A DNA stretch of 21,053 nt from Nitrospinota bacterium (GTDB taxonomy: Bacteria; UBA8248): the NCBI GenBank assembly GCA_036231405.1, contig JAZAHK010000040.1, positions 1 through 21,053 of the forward strand, read 5' to 3'. Shown one piece after another: positions 6,921-16,760 of this stretch (within the stretch, counting starts at the first letter, position 1; the number at the start of each line of letters is the position of its first letter). The position numbers and the translations under genes were made by a program. The notes beneath the pieces are model-generated. The model ran no database searches. It saw only the letters and a list, made by a program, of their open reading frames with translations, and was not told the DNA's origin.

Positions 6921-8204
6921 ATGGGAATTACATTGGGAAAAAAAGAAAAAGATTTTCTTTTAAAAGAAATAGATAGTCGTTCGGACGAAATTGTGAATTT
7001 ACTTTCTAATTTGGTGAGGATTCCCAGTGTTACTGGCGAAGAGGGCGAAATCCAAAGATATATAGCGAAGTTTCTAAATGAAATAGGGCTTGAGGTAGAC
7101 GTTTGGGAATCAGACTGGGAAGAATTAAAAAAACATCCTGAGTATGTTTCTGTCACCAGGGGCTATGAAGGAAGGCCAAATGTTGTCGCAGTTTTAAAAG
7201 GTACGGGTGGGGGAAAGTCTCTGCTTCTTAATGGTCATACAGATACTGTTCCTAATGGTCCTTTAGATTCATGGCAATTTGCTCCACTTTCTGCAGAGAT
7301 TTCTAATGGTCGCCTTTATGGACGAGGTTCTTCTGATATGAAGAGCGGAGTTGCAGCAATTATTATGGCAGTTAAAAGTATTGTGGAATCTGGAAGTAAA
7401 TTGAAAGGCGATGTCATTTTGGACTTTGTAGTTGATGAAGAATTAAGTGGTCATGGGACATTAGATACGATTCTGAGAGGTTATACAGCTGATGCTGGAA
7501 TTTGTTGTGAGACTAGTGGAAATGCAATCCAACCTGCATGTATCGGTAGAATTTGGTTTGAGATTTTAGTTCGAGGCAAATCTGCTGGAATTCAAAGAAG
7601 ATACGAAGGGGTAAATGCTATTGACTTAGGTTATAAAATAGTCAATGCAGTTTCAGAACTTGAACAAAAGAGATTGAAGACGGTTGAACACCCACTTTAC
7701 CCAAAAATAATTGATGCTATTCCATGTATGATTGGTTCTATGGAAGCTGGAAGTTTCCCAAGTGCATTCCCGGATACTTGCATTCTAAAAGGAAGCTTAG
7801 CTACAGTTCCAGGAGAGGATCACGATGCCGCAAAACAAAGTCTGCTTGACGAAGTTCGATTTGCCGCGCTTGAAGATCCATGGATGAAAGAAAATCCTCC
7901 AGAGGTAAAATTTACAGGATATTATGCAGAATCCGCAGAGGTTGATGTTGAACATCCGATAGTAAAAACAGTTGCTAATTGTTATCAAGAAGTTTCTGGT
8001 AGAGTTCCAGAAATTTCAGGACGGCAAGGAGCTGCGGATACTAGGTTTCTCAATGGTTTTGCAAATATTCCAACAGTAATCTTTGGTCCAGGTCCTACTA
8101 CACAAATGCATGCGAATAACGAATGGGTTGCTGTGGATGATGTAGTAGATGCAACTAAAACTCTTGCTCTTTCGATGCTTGATTGGTGTGAGTTGTCCAC
8201 ATGA
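6921..8204 (+). CDS. M20 family metallo-deacylase (ArgE/DapE-like)
   Basis: LLLNGHTDTV, LYGRGSSDMKSG, VVDEE, CCET, and FGPG...MHANNE metal-ligand motifs. Confidence 0.9.
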   Translation: MGITLGKKEKDFLLKEIDSRSDEIVNLLSNLVRIPSVTGEEGEIQRYIAKFLNEIGLEVDVWESDWEELKKHPEYVSVTRGYEGRPNVVAVLKGTGGGKSLLLNGHTDTVPNGPLDSWQFAPLSAEISNGRLYGRGSSDMKSGVAAIIMAVKSIVESGSKLKGDVILDFVVDEELSGHGTLDTILRGYTADAGICCETSGNAIQPACIGRIWFEILVRGKSAGIQRRYEGVNAIDLGYKIVNAVSELEQKRLKTVEHPLYPKIIDAIPCMIGSMEAGSFPSAFPDTCILKGSLATVPGEDHDAAKQSLLDEVRFAALEDPWMKENPPEVKFTGYYAESAEVDVEHPIVKTVANCYQEVSGRVPEISGRQGAADTRFLNGFANIPTVIFGPGPTTQMHANNEWVAVDDVVDATKTLALSMLDWCELST

Positions 8205-8217
8205 TTTGGAGAAATTT

Positions 8218-9168
8218 ATGACGAAGAAAAACGTAAAATTTGGTGTGGCTATGCGAAATTTTACTGCTTATCCGGAACTTCCTGATCCAAAAAAATTATT
8301 AGATTACGCTGTCAGAATGGAAGAGTTAGATTTTGAATCTTTATGGGTATGGGATCATATTCTATTAGGCGTAGAACCTCATTTTCCAATCATAGATTCT
8401 TTAACCATGTTGACTGCAGTTGCTGCGAGAACATCAAAAATTAAACTGGGAACAGGAGTTTTGGTTTTACCTCTTCGGAATCCACTTGTATTAGCAAAGC
8501 AGTTGTCAAGTATTGATCAAATTTCTGAAGGTCGTTTAATCGTTGGAATGGCTTCTGGTTGGTATAAGCGTGAATTTGATGCTGTAGGAGTTCCTTTTGA
8601 AAAAAGAGGAAATATAATGGATGAGAGTATTGAGATAATTACTCGCCTTTGGACTGAGGATATGGTTCTAGGAGAATATAGTGACTATAATTTAAGAAAT
8701 TCTGTGATGTTTCCAAAACCAGTTCAAACTCCCAGGCCACAAATTCTAATTGGAGGTTATGTAGATAGAGTCCTAAAACGTGCAGGAGAAAAAGGAGATG
8801 GTTGGCTCACTTATTTTTATACTCCAGAAAGTTTTTCGAAATCTTGGGAAAAAGTTTGCGAGTATGCCGAGTATGTAGGCAGAGATCCTGCTATTTTAGA
8901 AAGTACAAATCAACTTCCTATAGCGGTTGGAGATTTAAGGTCAGAAATTGAAGGACCAATGCAAGAATGGTTGAGAACTGAGTGGGACTATGCGGATTGG
9001 AGTGATTCTACAGCTGAAAGTGCAATTATTGGGAATGTAGATGAATGTGTCGAACAACTTCAAGAGCATATTCAAACGGGGTTAGATCGTATTATTTTTG
9101 TCCCATACAAATATGACATAAAACAAATTGAAGTAATTTCTAAAGAAATTATTCCTCGTTTGAGATAA
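8218..9168 (+). CDS. LLM-class (luciferase-like) flavin/F420-dependent oxidoreductase
   Basis: Likely start ATG 8218 (RBS GGAGA 8208-8212). Motifs FESLWVWDH, AARTSKIKLGTGVLVLPLRNP..LAKQ, GRLIVG...GW...EF and PKPVQTPRPQILIGG. Confidence 0.9.
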   Translation: MTKKNVKFGVAMRNFTAYPELPDPKKLLDYAVRMEELDFESLWVWDHILLGVEPHFPIIDSLTMLTAVAARTSKIKLGTGVLVLPLRNPLVLAKQLSSIDQISEGRLIVGMASGWYKREFDAVGVPFEKRGNIMDESIEIITRLWTEDMVLGEYSDYNLRNSVMFPKPVQTPRPQILIGGYVDRVLKRAGEKGDGWLTYFYTPESFSKSWEKVCEYAEYVGRDPAILESTNQLPIAVGDLRSEIEGPMQEWLRTEWDYADWSDSTAESAIIGNVDECVEQLQEHIQTGLDRIIFVPYKYDIKQIEVISKEIIPRLR

Positions 9169-9205
9169 ATATAATATTTAGTTTATTTTCTGATTGGAGT
9201 ATGAA

Positions 9206-10261
9206 TTGGCTATAAGAAAAAGTTCGTGGGATAGGTTTAAATTTTATTCGCAAAATATGTTTGAAGCTATCGGAGGAACTCCTTTAGTTAAACTCAACAG
9301 TGTAGGTTCTGAACTTTCTTCTAACATCTTTGTTAAAGTTGAATGGTACTCACCAACAGGAAGCCTAAAAGATCGTATCTATTACAATATGATTAGTAAG
9401 GCTGAGGAGAGGGGAGAACTAAAAAAAGGAATGACTGTTTTGGAATGTTCTACGGGAAATGCTGGAATCGCTTGTTCCTTTGTTTCAACAGTAAAGGGTT
9501 ATCCTTGTACAGTCGTCATGCCAGAAGGAATGAGTGTTGAGAGGAAAAAAATAATGCTTGCGTATGGCAGTGAACTTGTTTTTACCCCTGGTGGAGAGAG
9601 CGATGTAGATCTGGCACTTGAGAAACTCGAAGAAATTCGTTCTCAAGACCCAGGAAAGTATTGGGTTCCTGCTCAATTTGATAATTTAGATAATAATGAA
9701 GCACACTATTTAACTACTGGGCCTGAGATATGGGAACAACTAGACGAGAAAGTTGACGCAGTTATTGGTTCGCAGGGAACGGGAGGATGGATTAGCGGAA
9801 TTGGCAGGTTTCTAATGGGAAAAAATGAAAATATTGAAATATTTGCAGTTGAGCCTTCAGAATGTCCCCTGTTAAGCAAGAGAGAATGGGGTTCCCATGG
9901 TATTGAAGGTATTGGGGATGGATTTGTGCCTAGGGCTTTAGATTTATCAATTTTAAAAGGTATCGTGACCACTTCAACTAAAGAATCATTGGAAATGGCT
10001 AAAAGACTTGCTAGAGAAGAAGGAATTTTCTGTGGAATTTCTTCAGGATGTAATGTCATTGCCGCAATTAAACTTGCTCGTTCAAGGCCTCATCTTAAAA
10101 ATATTGTTACTAATATATGTGATACCGGACAAAGATACTTTACAACAGAACTTTGTGGGGAAGAAAAAAACATTGAAATTCCTGATAGGGCACACAGTAT
10201 AGACGAATATAGTAAGTCCGAACTCGATAAATTTTCTTCGCATTGGGAAATAATAAATTAA
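9206..10261 (+). CDS. PLP-dependent cysteine synthase/cystathionine beta-synthase family protein
   Basis: IGGTPLVKL, SPTGSLKDR (PLP Lys), QFDN..N..AHY.TTGPEI, GTGG, HGIEGIG and EEGIFCGISSG. Start uncertain: TTG 9206 follows GGAG 9196-9199, while the track uses TTG 9194. Confidence 0.88.
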   Translation: MAIRKSSWDRFKFYSQNMFEAIGGTPLVKLNSVGSELSSNIFVKVEWYSPTGSLKDRIYYNMISKAEERGELKKGMTVLECSTGNAGIACSFVSTVKGYPCTVVMPEGMSVERKKIMLAYGSELVFTPGGESDVDLALEKLEEIRSQDPGKYWVPAQFDNLDNNEAHYLTTGPEIWEQLDEKVDAVIGSQGTGGWISGIGRFLMGKNENIEIFAVEPSECPLLSKREWGSHGIEGIGDGFVPRALDLSILKGIVTTSTKESLEMAKRLAREEGIFCGISSGCNVIAAIKLARSRPHLKNIVTNICDTGQRYFTTELCGEEKNIEIPDRAHSIDEYSKSELDKFSSHWEIIN

Positions 10262-10400
10262 GATTTCCTTTTTAGGATTTGTTGTTGGAATTAAGTCTAA
10301 AATTTCAAGAGAATTTTTTTCTTTTCGACATTCTTTGTGTCTTCTTGATGAGTTGCCGTATTAGTTGAAAATAAAATGAACAGTGAAAACGGGGACAAAA

Positions 10401-12671
10401 ATGAACTCAAAGATAATAGGGAAACCAGTTCCTATCATTGATGCGGTTGAGAAGGTGTGTGGTGATACTTCATACATAGATGATTTTAGGTTGAAAAATT
10501 TGTTGATTGGTTCAGCTTTGAGGAGTCCTCATCCTCATGCTAGAATCTTAAAAATTGACACTTCAGATGCGGAGAAATTGTATGGAGTAGTTGCTGTCCT
10601 CTCCAAAAATAATACCACTAATAAAAAATTCGGAATTAATCTAAAGGATGAAACGGCGTTCTGTTGCGACAAATCTAGGTATATAGGAGATGAAATAGCT
10701 GCGGTTGCAGCCGTTGATAAAGAAACTGCACAAGAAGCGATTTCTCTAATAAAAGTCGATTATGAGATTCTTCCGGCCGTTTTTGATCCATTTTCTGCAT
10801 TGGAAAAGAATTCACCTCGTTTACATAAATCTAATTCTCGAAACCTAGCAAATGCATTTCATATAAAAAGAGGTAATGTAGATGATGCTTTTTCAAACGC
10901 AGATGAAATTTTCCATGGAGATTTCCATACTCATTTAGCACATCAGGCTTATATAGAACCAACAGGTTGTGTGGCCGATTTTCATTCTAACGGAAAAATA
11001 TCGATATGGGGATGTTTGCAATCTGCATTTTTGATTAGAACCTTTATGCTTTCACCTGTTATGAAAATGAGTGCAGATAATTTTCGTGTTATACAAACTA
11101 AACCAGGAGGTGCTTTTGGTGGGAAACTAGACGTAAAAGCGGCATTAATGGCTGCAATGCTTTCTAGGGAATCGGGTAAGCCTGTTAAATTTCTTCTGAG
11201 TTTAGAAGAAGATTTAACTTGTATGCGACCAAGAATGCCCGTTCATATTTCCTTAGAATCTGCTTGGAAAAAAGATGGCACTCTTTTAGGAAAGCGTGTA
11301 AAAATTATTGCAGATAATGGTGCATATAGTTCACTTTCTCCTGCAATTATGAGTTCAATAGCATTAAGAACTGATAATTTGTACAAAACGCCCGCGTCGG
11401 AGATTGAAGGAAAACTCGTTTATACAAACCTTATTCCATCTGGCCAAATGAGAGGTTTTGGTAATGTTCAAGCAACGTACGCATGGGAGAGTCATCTTGA
11501 CGACGTTGCGAATAGTTTAAATATTGATCCTGCTGATTTGCGAATCAAAAATTACACAGAAAAAGGGGATGTCTCTCTCCATGGTTGGAAAATAGCAAGT
11601 TGTGCAGTAGAAGATGCTACGAAATATGTTGTTGATAAAATTAATTGGAAATCAAAGCGATTGAAAGCAGGGGAAGGAAGAGGCGTTGGGCTTGCTAGTT
11701 GTATTCATGTTTCAGGAAATAAGGGTTTTTCTGTAGAACTTGGTCCAGATGATACAGATCCTTCAAGTTGTGAAATTAGAATAGATAAAGATGGAAAAGT
11801 AACGATCTGGTCAGGAGAATCCGACTTAGGGCAAGGTGCTACCAGTGTTATGGCTTTTATCGCTTCTGAGGTGTTGAATATCCCTGTTGAAAATTTCAAT
11901 GTTCCTCCTACAGACACAGGTTATATGCCTTTTGGTATGGGTGCATTTGCCAGTAGGACAACTTTAATTGGAGGAAACGCAGTCAAGATTGCCGCGGAGG
12001 ATATTAAAAAAAACCTATTGGACGCTGCTTCAGAAATTTTAGAAGTCCCTGCGGGTCAACTTCAGATTTCCGGTGACGAAATTCAAGTTGCCTCGCTCCC
12101 TAATCGTAAAATATCTCTTGGCGAGTTAGTGAAGGAGAAAGGTGACATTATACAAGGTCACGGAACGTGGCTGGCTGGCGGGGAAGTTCTCGATAAGGAC
12201 AAGTATGGGAATCCATCTACCACATATTCCTTTAGTACCCATGGGGCGGAAGTCTTTGTCGATATGGAAACTGGAGAAGTCAAAGTTTTGAATATTTGTT
12301 GCGGTCACGATCCAGGTAGGGTTATTAATCGTCTCGGTGCAGAGGGCCAGGTAGAAGGTGGAACAGTTCAAGGGATGAGTTACGCAATAATGGAAAATTT
12401 AAACCAAATAGAAGGTTCTATTCAGGGAAACAATTTCCATAATTATCTGATCGCAACCTCGATGGATATTCCTGATATTCAACATGATTTCTTTGAATCT
12501 ATGGATCCCTATGGCCCATACGGTGCGAAGGGACTAGCTGAAGTAGCTATCAATCCCATTACAGCTGCTATTTGTAATGCTATATATAATGCAACTGGAG
12601 GTGCTAGGATAAGAAAATTGCCAATAACACCGGAGCATGTACTTGAGGCTATAGAAGGTATTGAAAGCTAA
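10401..12671 (+). CDS. Xanthine dehydrogenase family molybdopterin-binding (large) subunit
   Basis: Likely start ATG 10401. Motifs LRSPHPHARI, AHQAYIEP, GGAFGGK, QMRGFG, DLGQG, AFASRTT, EGQVEGG..QG and GPYGAKGLAE (catalytic Glu). Confidence 0.92.
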   Translation: MNSKIIGKPVPIIDAVEKVCGDTSYIDDFRLKNLLIGSALRSPHPHARILKIDTSDAEKLYGVVAVLSKNNTTNKKFGINLKDETAFCCDKSRYIGDEIAAVAAVDKETAQEAISLIKVDYEILPAVFDPFSALEKNSPRLHKSNSRNLANAFHIKRGNVDDAFSNADEIFHGDFHTHLAHQAYIEPTGCVADFHSNGKISIWGCLQSAFLIRTFMLSPVMKMSADNFRVIQTKPGGAFGGKLDVKAALMAAMLSRESGKPVKFLLSLEEDLTCMRPRMPVHISLESAWKKDGTLLGKRVKIIADNGAYSSLSPAIMSSIALRTDNLYKTPASEIEGKLVYTNLIPSGQMRGFGNVQATYAWESHLDDVANSLNIDPADLRIKNYTEKGDVSLHGWKIASCAVEDATKYVVDKINWKSKRLKAGEGRGVGLASCIHVSGNKGFSVELGPDDTDPSSCEIRIDKDGKVTIWSGESDLGQGATSVMAFIASEVLNIPVENFNVPPTDTGYMPFGMGAFASRTTLIGGNAVKIAAEDIKKNLLDAASEILEVPAGQLQISGDEIQVASLPNRKISLGELVKEKGDIIQGHGTWLAGGEVLDKDKYGNPSTTYSFSTHGAEVFVDMETGEVKVLNICCGHDPGRVINRLGAEGQVEGGTVQGMSYAIMENLNQIEGSIQGNNFHNYLIATSMDIPDIQHDFFESMDPYGPYGAKGLAEVAINPITAAICNAIYNATGGARIRKLPITPEHVLEAIEGIES

Positions 12672-12714
12672 ATATTTTACGTTTTGTAATTCTTTAATCA
12701 TGAAGGGTTAGATT

Positions 12715-13671
12715 ATGCTGAATTTTCATTTTGGATATCTACTTCCTACTAGGGGCGTAGTCGTATCTGCTAAAGGAGAACCTCCTGATACCACTCCTAT
12801 TATTACTCTTGCACAGAAAGCCGAAAATCTTGATTTTGACTCTGTATGGATAGGAGATAGTGTTCTAGCAAAGCCCAGGATGGAAAGTTTTACAACATGG
12901 TCTTCAGTTCTTGCATCTACAAAAAAAGTCCAAGTTGGTACAGCTGTTCTGCTTGCTGCCTTGAGGCATCCTATTATGTTAACCCAGTCATTGACTACTC
13001 TTGACTGTATGTTCCCTGGGAGAGTACTCCCTGGGTTAGGAGTTGGGAGAGAGGAATTAAAGGAAGAATTTGAAACTCTAGGGGTAAAAATATCTGAGAG
13101 GGCAAAACGTTTCACGGAAACTATTGAGATTTTGAAATTATTAATGAGCGAAAGAAATTGTAGTTTCTCTGGGAAATACTTTTCTTTTGAAGACATAGAT
13201 TTAGAGCCTCGACCTTTTAGCAAAGGAGGACCTCCGATATGGATTGCTAGCAACTATGTCCAATCTGGATTACGACGCGTTGCGCGTTTGGCTGACGGAT
13301 GGATAACTAATTCGATCACTCCTGAACTTTATCGGAAATGTTGGGATACTATTCTTGCTTATGGAGAAGATTGCGGGAGAAAGAGTCTAGAAAAGATTCC
13401 TCAATGTCTTTATGTAACGATGAATATTAATCCAAATGGAGAAAAGGCAAAAAAAGAGGCTGGGGATTTCCTTTCGAAATATTACCATAAAACTTTTGAA
13501 GATATTCAAAAACAACTTCTTGTTATTGTCGGGGATGGTGATCAAGTTGAAGAAAAAATTCGTTCTTATAGTGATATTGGGGCATCTACCTTTATTATTC
13601 GTTTTGCTGGAGGTAGTCAAGTAGAACAGATGGAGAATCTTGTCTCAGAACTCATGCCTCGCTTTAGATAA
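12715..13671 (+). CDS. LLM-class flavin-dependent oxidoreductase (second, divergent paralog)
   Basis: FDSVWIGDS, VGTAVLLAALRHP, GLGVG, EPRPFSKGGPPIWIA and RVARLADGW. Confidence 0.88.
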   Translation: MLNFHFGYLLPTRGVVVSAKGEPPDTTPIITLAQKAENLDFDSVWIGDSVLAKPRMESFTTWSSVLASTKKVQVGTAVLLAALRHPIMLTQSLTTLDCMFPGRVLPGLGVGREELKEEFETLGVKISERAKRFTETIEILKLLMSERNCSFSGKYFSFEDIDLEPRPFSKGGPPIWIASNYVQSGLRRVARLADGWITNSITPELYRKCWDTILAYGEDCGRKSLEKIPQCLYVTMNINPNGEKAKKEAGDFLSKYYHKTFEDIQKQLLVIVGDGDQVEEKIRSYSDIGASTFIIRFAGGSQVEQMENLVSELMPRFR

Positions 13672-13688
13672 GGATAAGAGGAAAAATT

Positions 13689-14873
13689 ATGGTCATTGAA
13701 ATTGGAACGGGTGTTTCAAAGGAAGAAGTAAATTCTAGATTGCAAAAGACTCGAATTTTAATGGAGAAAGAAAAAATAGAGTTTTTGATTGTCATTGGCC
13801 GTTCCTTTTACGACAGAATGGGAAGTCTTGCGTATCTCACAAATCACTTTCCCCCGTTCCCTCCTGGTGCTTTTAGTCCAACAGTACGCGGTATGGGGCA
13901 TGGTGTCTTATTGTTACCCTTAGATTCTGATCCTTTACTTTTAGTTGATCATAGAAATTTTCGAGAAGATATGGTTCACATTGATAACGTTCGAGTAGAG
14001 ACAAATTTCTCTAAAATGATTATTGATTATTTAGATAAAAGTCTTCAAAAAAAAACTGGAAGAGTTGGGATTGCAGGTGAAGATATAATGCCTGCAACCA
14101 TGTATATTGATCTAAAGGAAAATTTAGATAACGTTAATTTTGTTAACGGAAATAACATTGTAGAACAATTGAGATCCGAAAAGAGTCCAGTGGAAATAAA
14201 GTATCTTAGAAAAGCCGCAAAAATAACCGAATTTGCGTATGAAAGTATTCTTGCCGCAATCAAACCTGGAGTTAGGGAATGTGATCTTTGTGCGGAGGGA
14301 CATGCTGCAGGAATGAAAGCCGGTGCAGATTTTGTCCGTTATGTAAGAGTTCACAGTGGTCCTTGGTCAAGTTGGGGTTCTCGCTGGCCACAAGCAACAC
14401 AGAGAAAAATAGAGCCTGGTGATTTAATACGTTTTGATTATGTTGGCGCCATCGAAGGATATGGATTTGACGTTAATAGGACTTTTGTTGTGCCGGGAAA
14501 GAAGATTGATGCGAAAATTTTGAGAATGCTTGAATTAACCGTTGAAGTTACACGAAGTGCAGTTTCTGCAGTTAAACCAGGAGTTGCAGTTTCCGATATA
14601 CATAAGAAAGCTAGTGAAAAACTTGATGAAGAGATTCCCGAAGGTAGCAAATATCTCTTCCCAATGGCTGGTCATGGTATAGGGTTGGAGACAGTAGAAA
14701 ATCCTATAATTCGTCCGGATAATGAAGAGAAATTAAAGAAAAACATGGTGCTTTGTATAGAACCTCAATTTGTAATTCCTGAAATCGGTGGAACGAATAT
14801 AGAACAGATGCTACTAATAACAGATACTGGCAGTGAAATCCTTACGAAAACCCCTGAAAGAACTTGGGAATAA
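13689..14873 (+). CDS. M24 family (Xaa-Pro peptidase/creatinase-fold) metallohydrolase
   Basis: Creatinase-type N-domain, LRSEKSPVEI..LRKAA, and metal ligands in RFDYVG...YGFDVNRT, GHGIGL, CIEP and NIEQ. Confidence 0.88.
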   Translation: MVIEIGTGVSKEEVNSRLQKTRILMEKEKIEFLIVIGRSFYDRMGSLAYLTNHFPPFPPGAFSPTVRGMGHGVLLLPLDSDPLLLVDHRNFREDMVHIDNVRVETNFSKMIIDYLDKSLQKKTGRVGIAGEDIMPATMYIDLKENLDNVNFVNGNNIVEQLRSEKSPVEIKYLRKAAKITEFAYESILAAIKPGVRECDLCAEGHAAGMKAGADFVRYVRVHSGPWSSWGSRWPQATQRKIEPGDLIRFDYVGAIEGYGFDVNRTFVVPGKKIDAKILRMLELTVEVTRSAVSAVKPGVAVSDIHKKASEKLDEEIPEGSKYLFPMAGHGIGLETVENPIIRPDNEEKLKKNMVLCIEPQFVIPEIGGTNIEQMLLITDTGSEILTKTPERTWE

Positions 14874-14912
14874 TTATGAAATTCAAAGTAAAAAAAAGTT
14901 TATGAGGTTCTT

Positions 14913-16760
14913 ATGAAGAGATTTTTGAATCCAGTTTCTGTTATTGCAATTTTATGGTCATTTGCCCAACTCTACTGGGCTTTTTTTGGTATGTTACACG
15001 TATTTATTTCGCGCCCCATTCATCTAAGTTTAGCGATGTCAATTGTTTTTTTGACGAAGCCTTTCAAAAAAAGTGGGTCAATACATTTTTTTGATTATAT
15101 TTTGGTTGTTTTAAGTATTGTTATTTCTATGATGTATTTTAACGACTGGAGTTTTTTGAATGATCGAATAAGAGATGTAGATCCAGTACCTATTCGTTAT
15201 ATTTGGGCGGGATGTATCTATATATTATTAATTGTTGAAACCTCACGTCGGTTGCTAGGTTGGGGAGTTACCTCAGTTTCTGTTGTCGCCTTATTTTATA
15301 ATTTTGGTGGACATCTGATACCAGGAGATCTCGGTCACAGATTCATTGAATTGCCTACATTTATCGAGTTTCAGATTTTAAGTGTTGAAGGTTTACTTGG
15401 TGTTCCACTTGGCGTAAGTGCTGAGATAGTTTTTTATTTCATTCTATTTTCTGCTGCTTTGGATGTATCAGGTGGCGGGAAATTGTTTATTGATCTTGCG
15501 ATTCGACTTACAGGACGATTTAGAGGAGGACCAGCAAAAGCTGCTGTAGTGAGTAGCAGTTTGATGGGAACAATAAGTGGTAGCGCAACTGCAAACGTAG
15601 TAGGAACTGGTATTTTTACAATACCTCTAATGAAACGTCTCGGATTTACTCCACATTATTCGGGTGCTGTAGAGGCAGTTGCTTCTACAGGAGGGCAACT
15701 TATGCCACCAATAATGGGTGCAGGTGCTTTCATTCTTGCTGATATGACTGGGACACCATATTTACAAGTTGCGGCGGCGGCTGCACTTCCTGCGGTTATC
15801 TATTATGTTTCTCTTTTCTTGATGGTTGACTTAGAATCCAAAAAACTCGGATTGAGCGGTCTTTCAGAAGATGAAATGCCTGTATTAAGAGAGTTGCTTA
15901 TTGAGCGTGGTTTATTACTTCTCCCTGTTGTATTAATTGTGGGATATATGATTGCCGGATTCACTTTGATGTGGTCGGCTACTTCTGCTGCTATTGGTGT
16001 TGTTGTACTCAGTTGGATTAGGAAATCTACTAGACTTGGGTTCATAGGAATTTTCGAAACACTAGAAAAAGCAGGAAAAATGACAATTGCTGTTGCGATT
16101 CCCTGTGCAATTGCGGGTGTGATTGTTGGAGTAGTTGATGATACGGGAATCGGTTTAAAATTTTCTGGATTAATTGTTAATGTATCTAAGGGGATGCTTT
16201 TCCCAGCATTATGTATGACGATGGTTGCCTGCATAATAATGGGAATGGGAATGCCAACTGCGGCAGCTTATATAATGTCAGGCACTTTATTAGGGCCTGC
16301 TCTATCGAAGTTAGGACTTCCCATTCTTGCATCTCATATGTTTATCTATTATTTTGCTATTTTGTCAATGTTAACCCCCCCTGTTGCACTTTCTGCGTAT
16401 GTTGCTTCCGGTGTGGCAAATTCCGACTTAACTAAGACTGGGTGGAAAGCTTTTCAACTTTCTCTAGCCGGATTCTTGGTTCCTTTTGCTTTCGTATACA
16501 ACCCATCTATGCTCTTTATTGGAAGTTTGTGGGAGACGATTTGGGTTGCAATCACTTGTATTTTGGGTGTTTCTTCCCTCGCAGTATCTCTATCTGGAGT
16601 CTTGTTTAAAACATTAAGATACTGGGAGAGAGTTTTATTTTTCGTTTGTGCAATTTTACTTGTAGTATCAGAGACTTTAACTGATTTTCTAGGCATAGGA
16701 CTTTTGATCAGTTTATTTCTAATTTTATTTATTAGAAATAAGAATGAAAAAGTAGCATGA
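14913..16760 (+). CDS. TRAP transporter fused permease (4TM/12TM, TAXI-associated)
   Basis: Highly hydrophobic. Motifs GGPAKAAVVSSSLMGTISGSATANVVGTGIFTIPLMK, EAVASTGGQLMPPIMGAGAF, MGMGMPTAAAY and LTPPVAL. Confidence 0.95.
   Translation: MKRFLNPVSVIAILWSFAQLYWAFFGMLHVFISRPIHLSLAMSIVFLTKPFKKSGSIHFFDYILVVLSIVISMMYFNDWSFLNDRIRDVDPVPIRYIWAGCIYILLIVETSRRLLGWGVTSVSVVALFYNFGGHLIPGDLGHRFIELPTFIEFQILSVEGLLGVPLGVSAEIVFYFILFSAALDVSGGGKLFIDLAIRLTGRFRGGPAKAAVVSSSLMGTISGSATANVVGTGIFTIPLMKRLGFTPHYSGAVEAVASTGGQLMPPIMGAGAFILADMTGTPYLQVAAAAALPAVIYYVSLFLMVDLESKKLGLSGLSEDEMPVLRELLIERGLLLLPVVLIVGYMIAGFTLMWSATSAAIGVVVLSWIRKSTRLGFIGIFETLEKAGKMTIAVAIPCAIAGVIVGVVDDTGIGLKFSGLIVNVSKGMLFPALCMTMVACIIMGMGMPTAAAYIMSGTLLGPALSKLGLPILASHMFIYYFAILSMLTPPVALSAYVASGVANSDLTKTGWKAFQLSLAGFLVPFAFVYNPSMLFIGSLWETIWVAITCILGVSSLAVSLSGVLFKTLRYWERVLFFVCAILLVVSETLTDFLGIGLLISLFLILFIRNKNEKVA

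Noticed and set aside
8202-8204. Possible Sec readthrough at the TGA ending the M20 gene (and the TRAP permease at 16758-16760)
   Set aside because: Both proteins are already complete, there is no redox motif or obvious SECIS, and the M20 extension would overlap the next gene.
10401-12671. Aerobic CO dehydrogenase CoxL or a specific xdhA/hcrA assignment
   Set aside because: The active-site loop is QMRGFG, not AYxCSFR. No partner subunits are present to support a specific name.
12726-13253. 175-aa and other antisense ORFs (e.g. 15803-16234, 9706-10059, 6821-7156)
   Set aside because: Shadows of well-supported + strand genes, with no motifs or RBS evidence.
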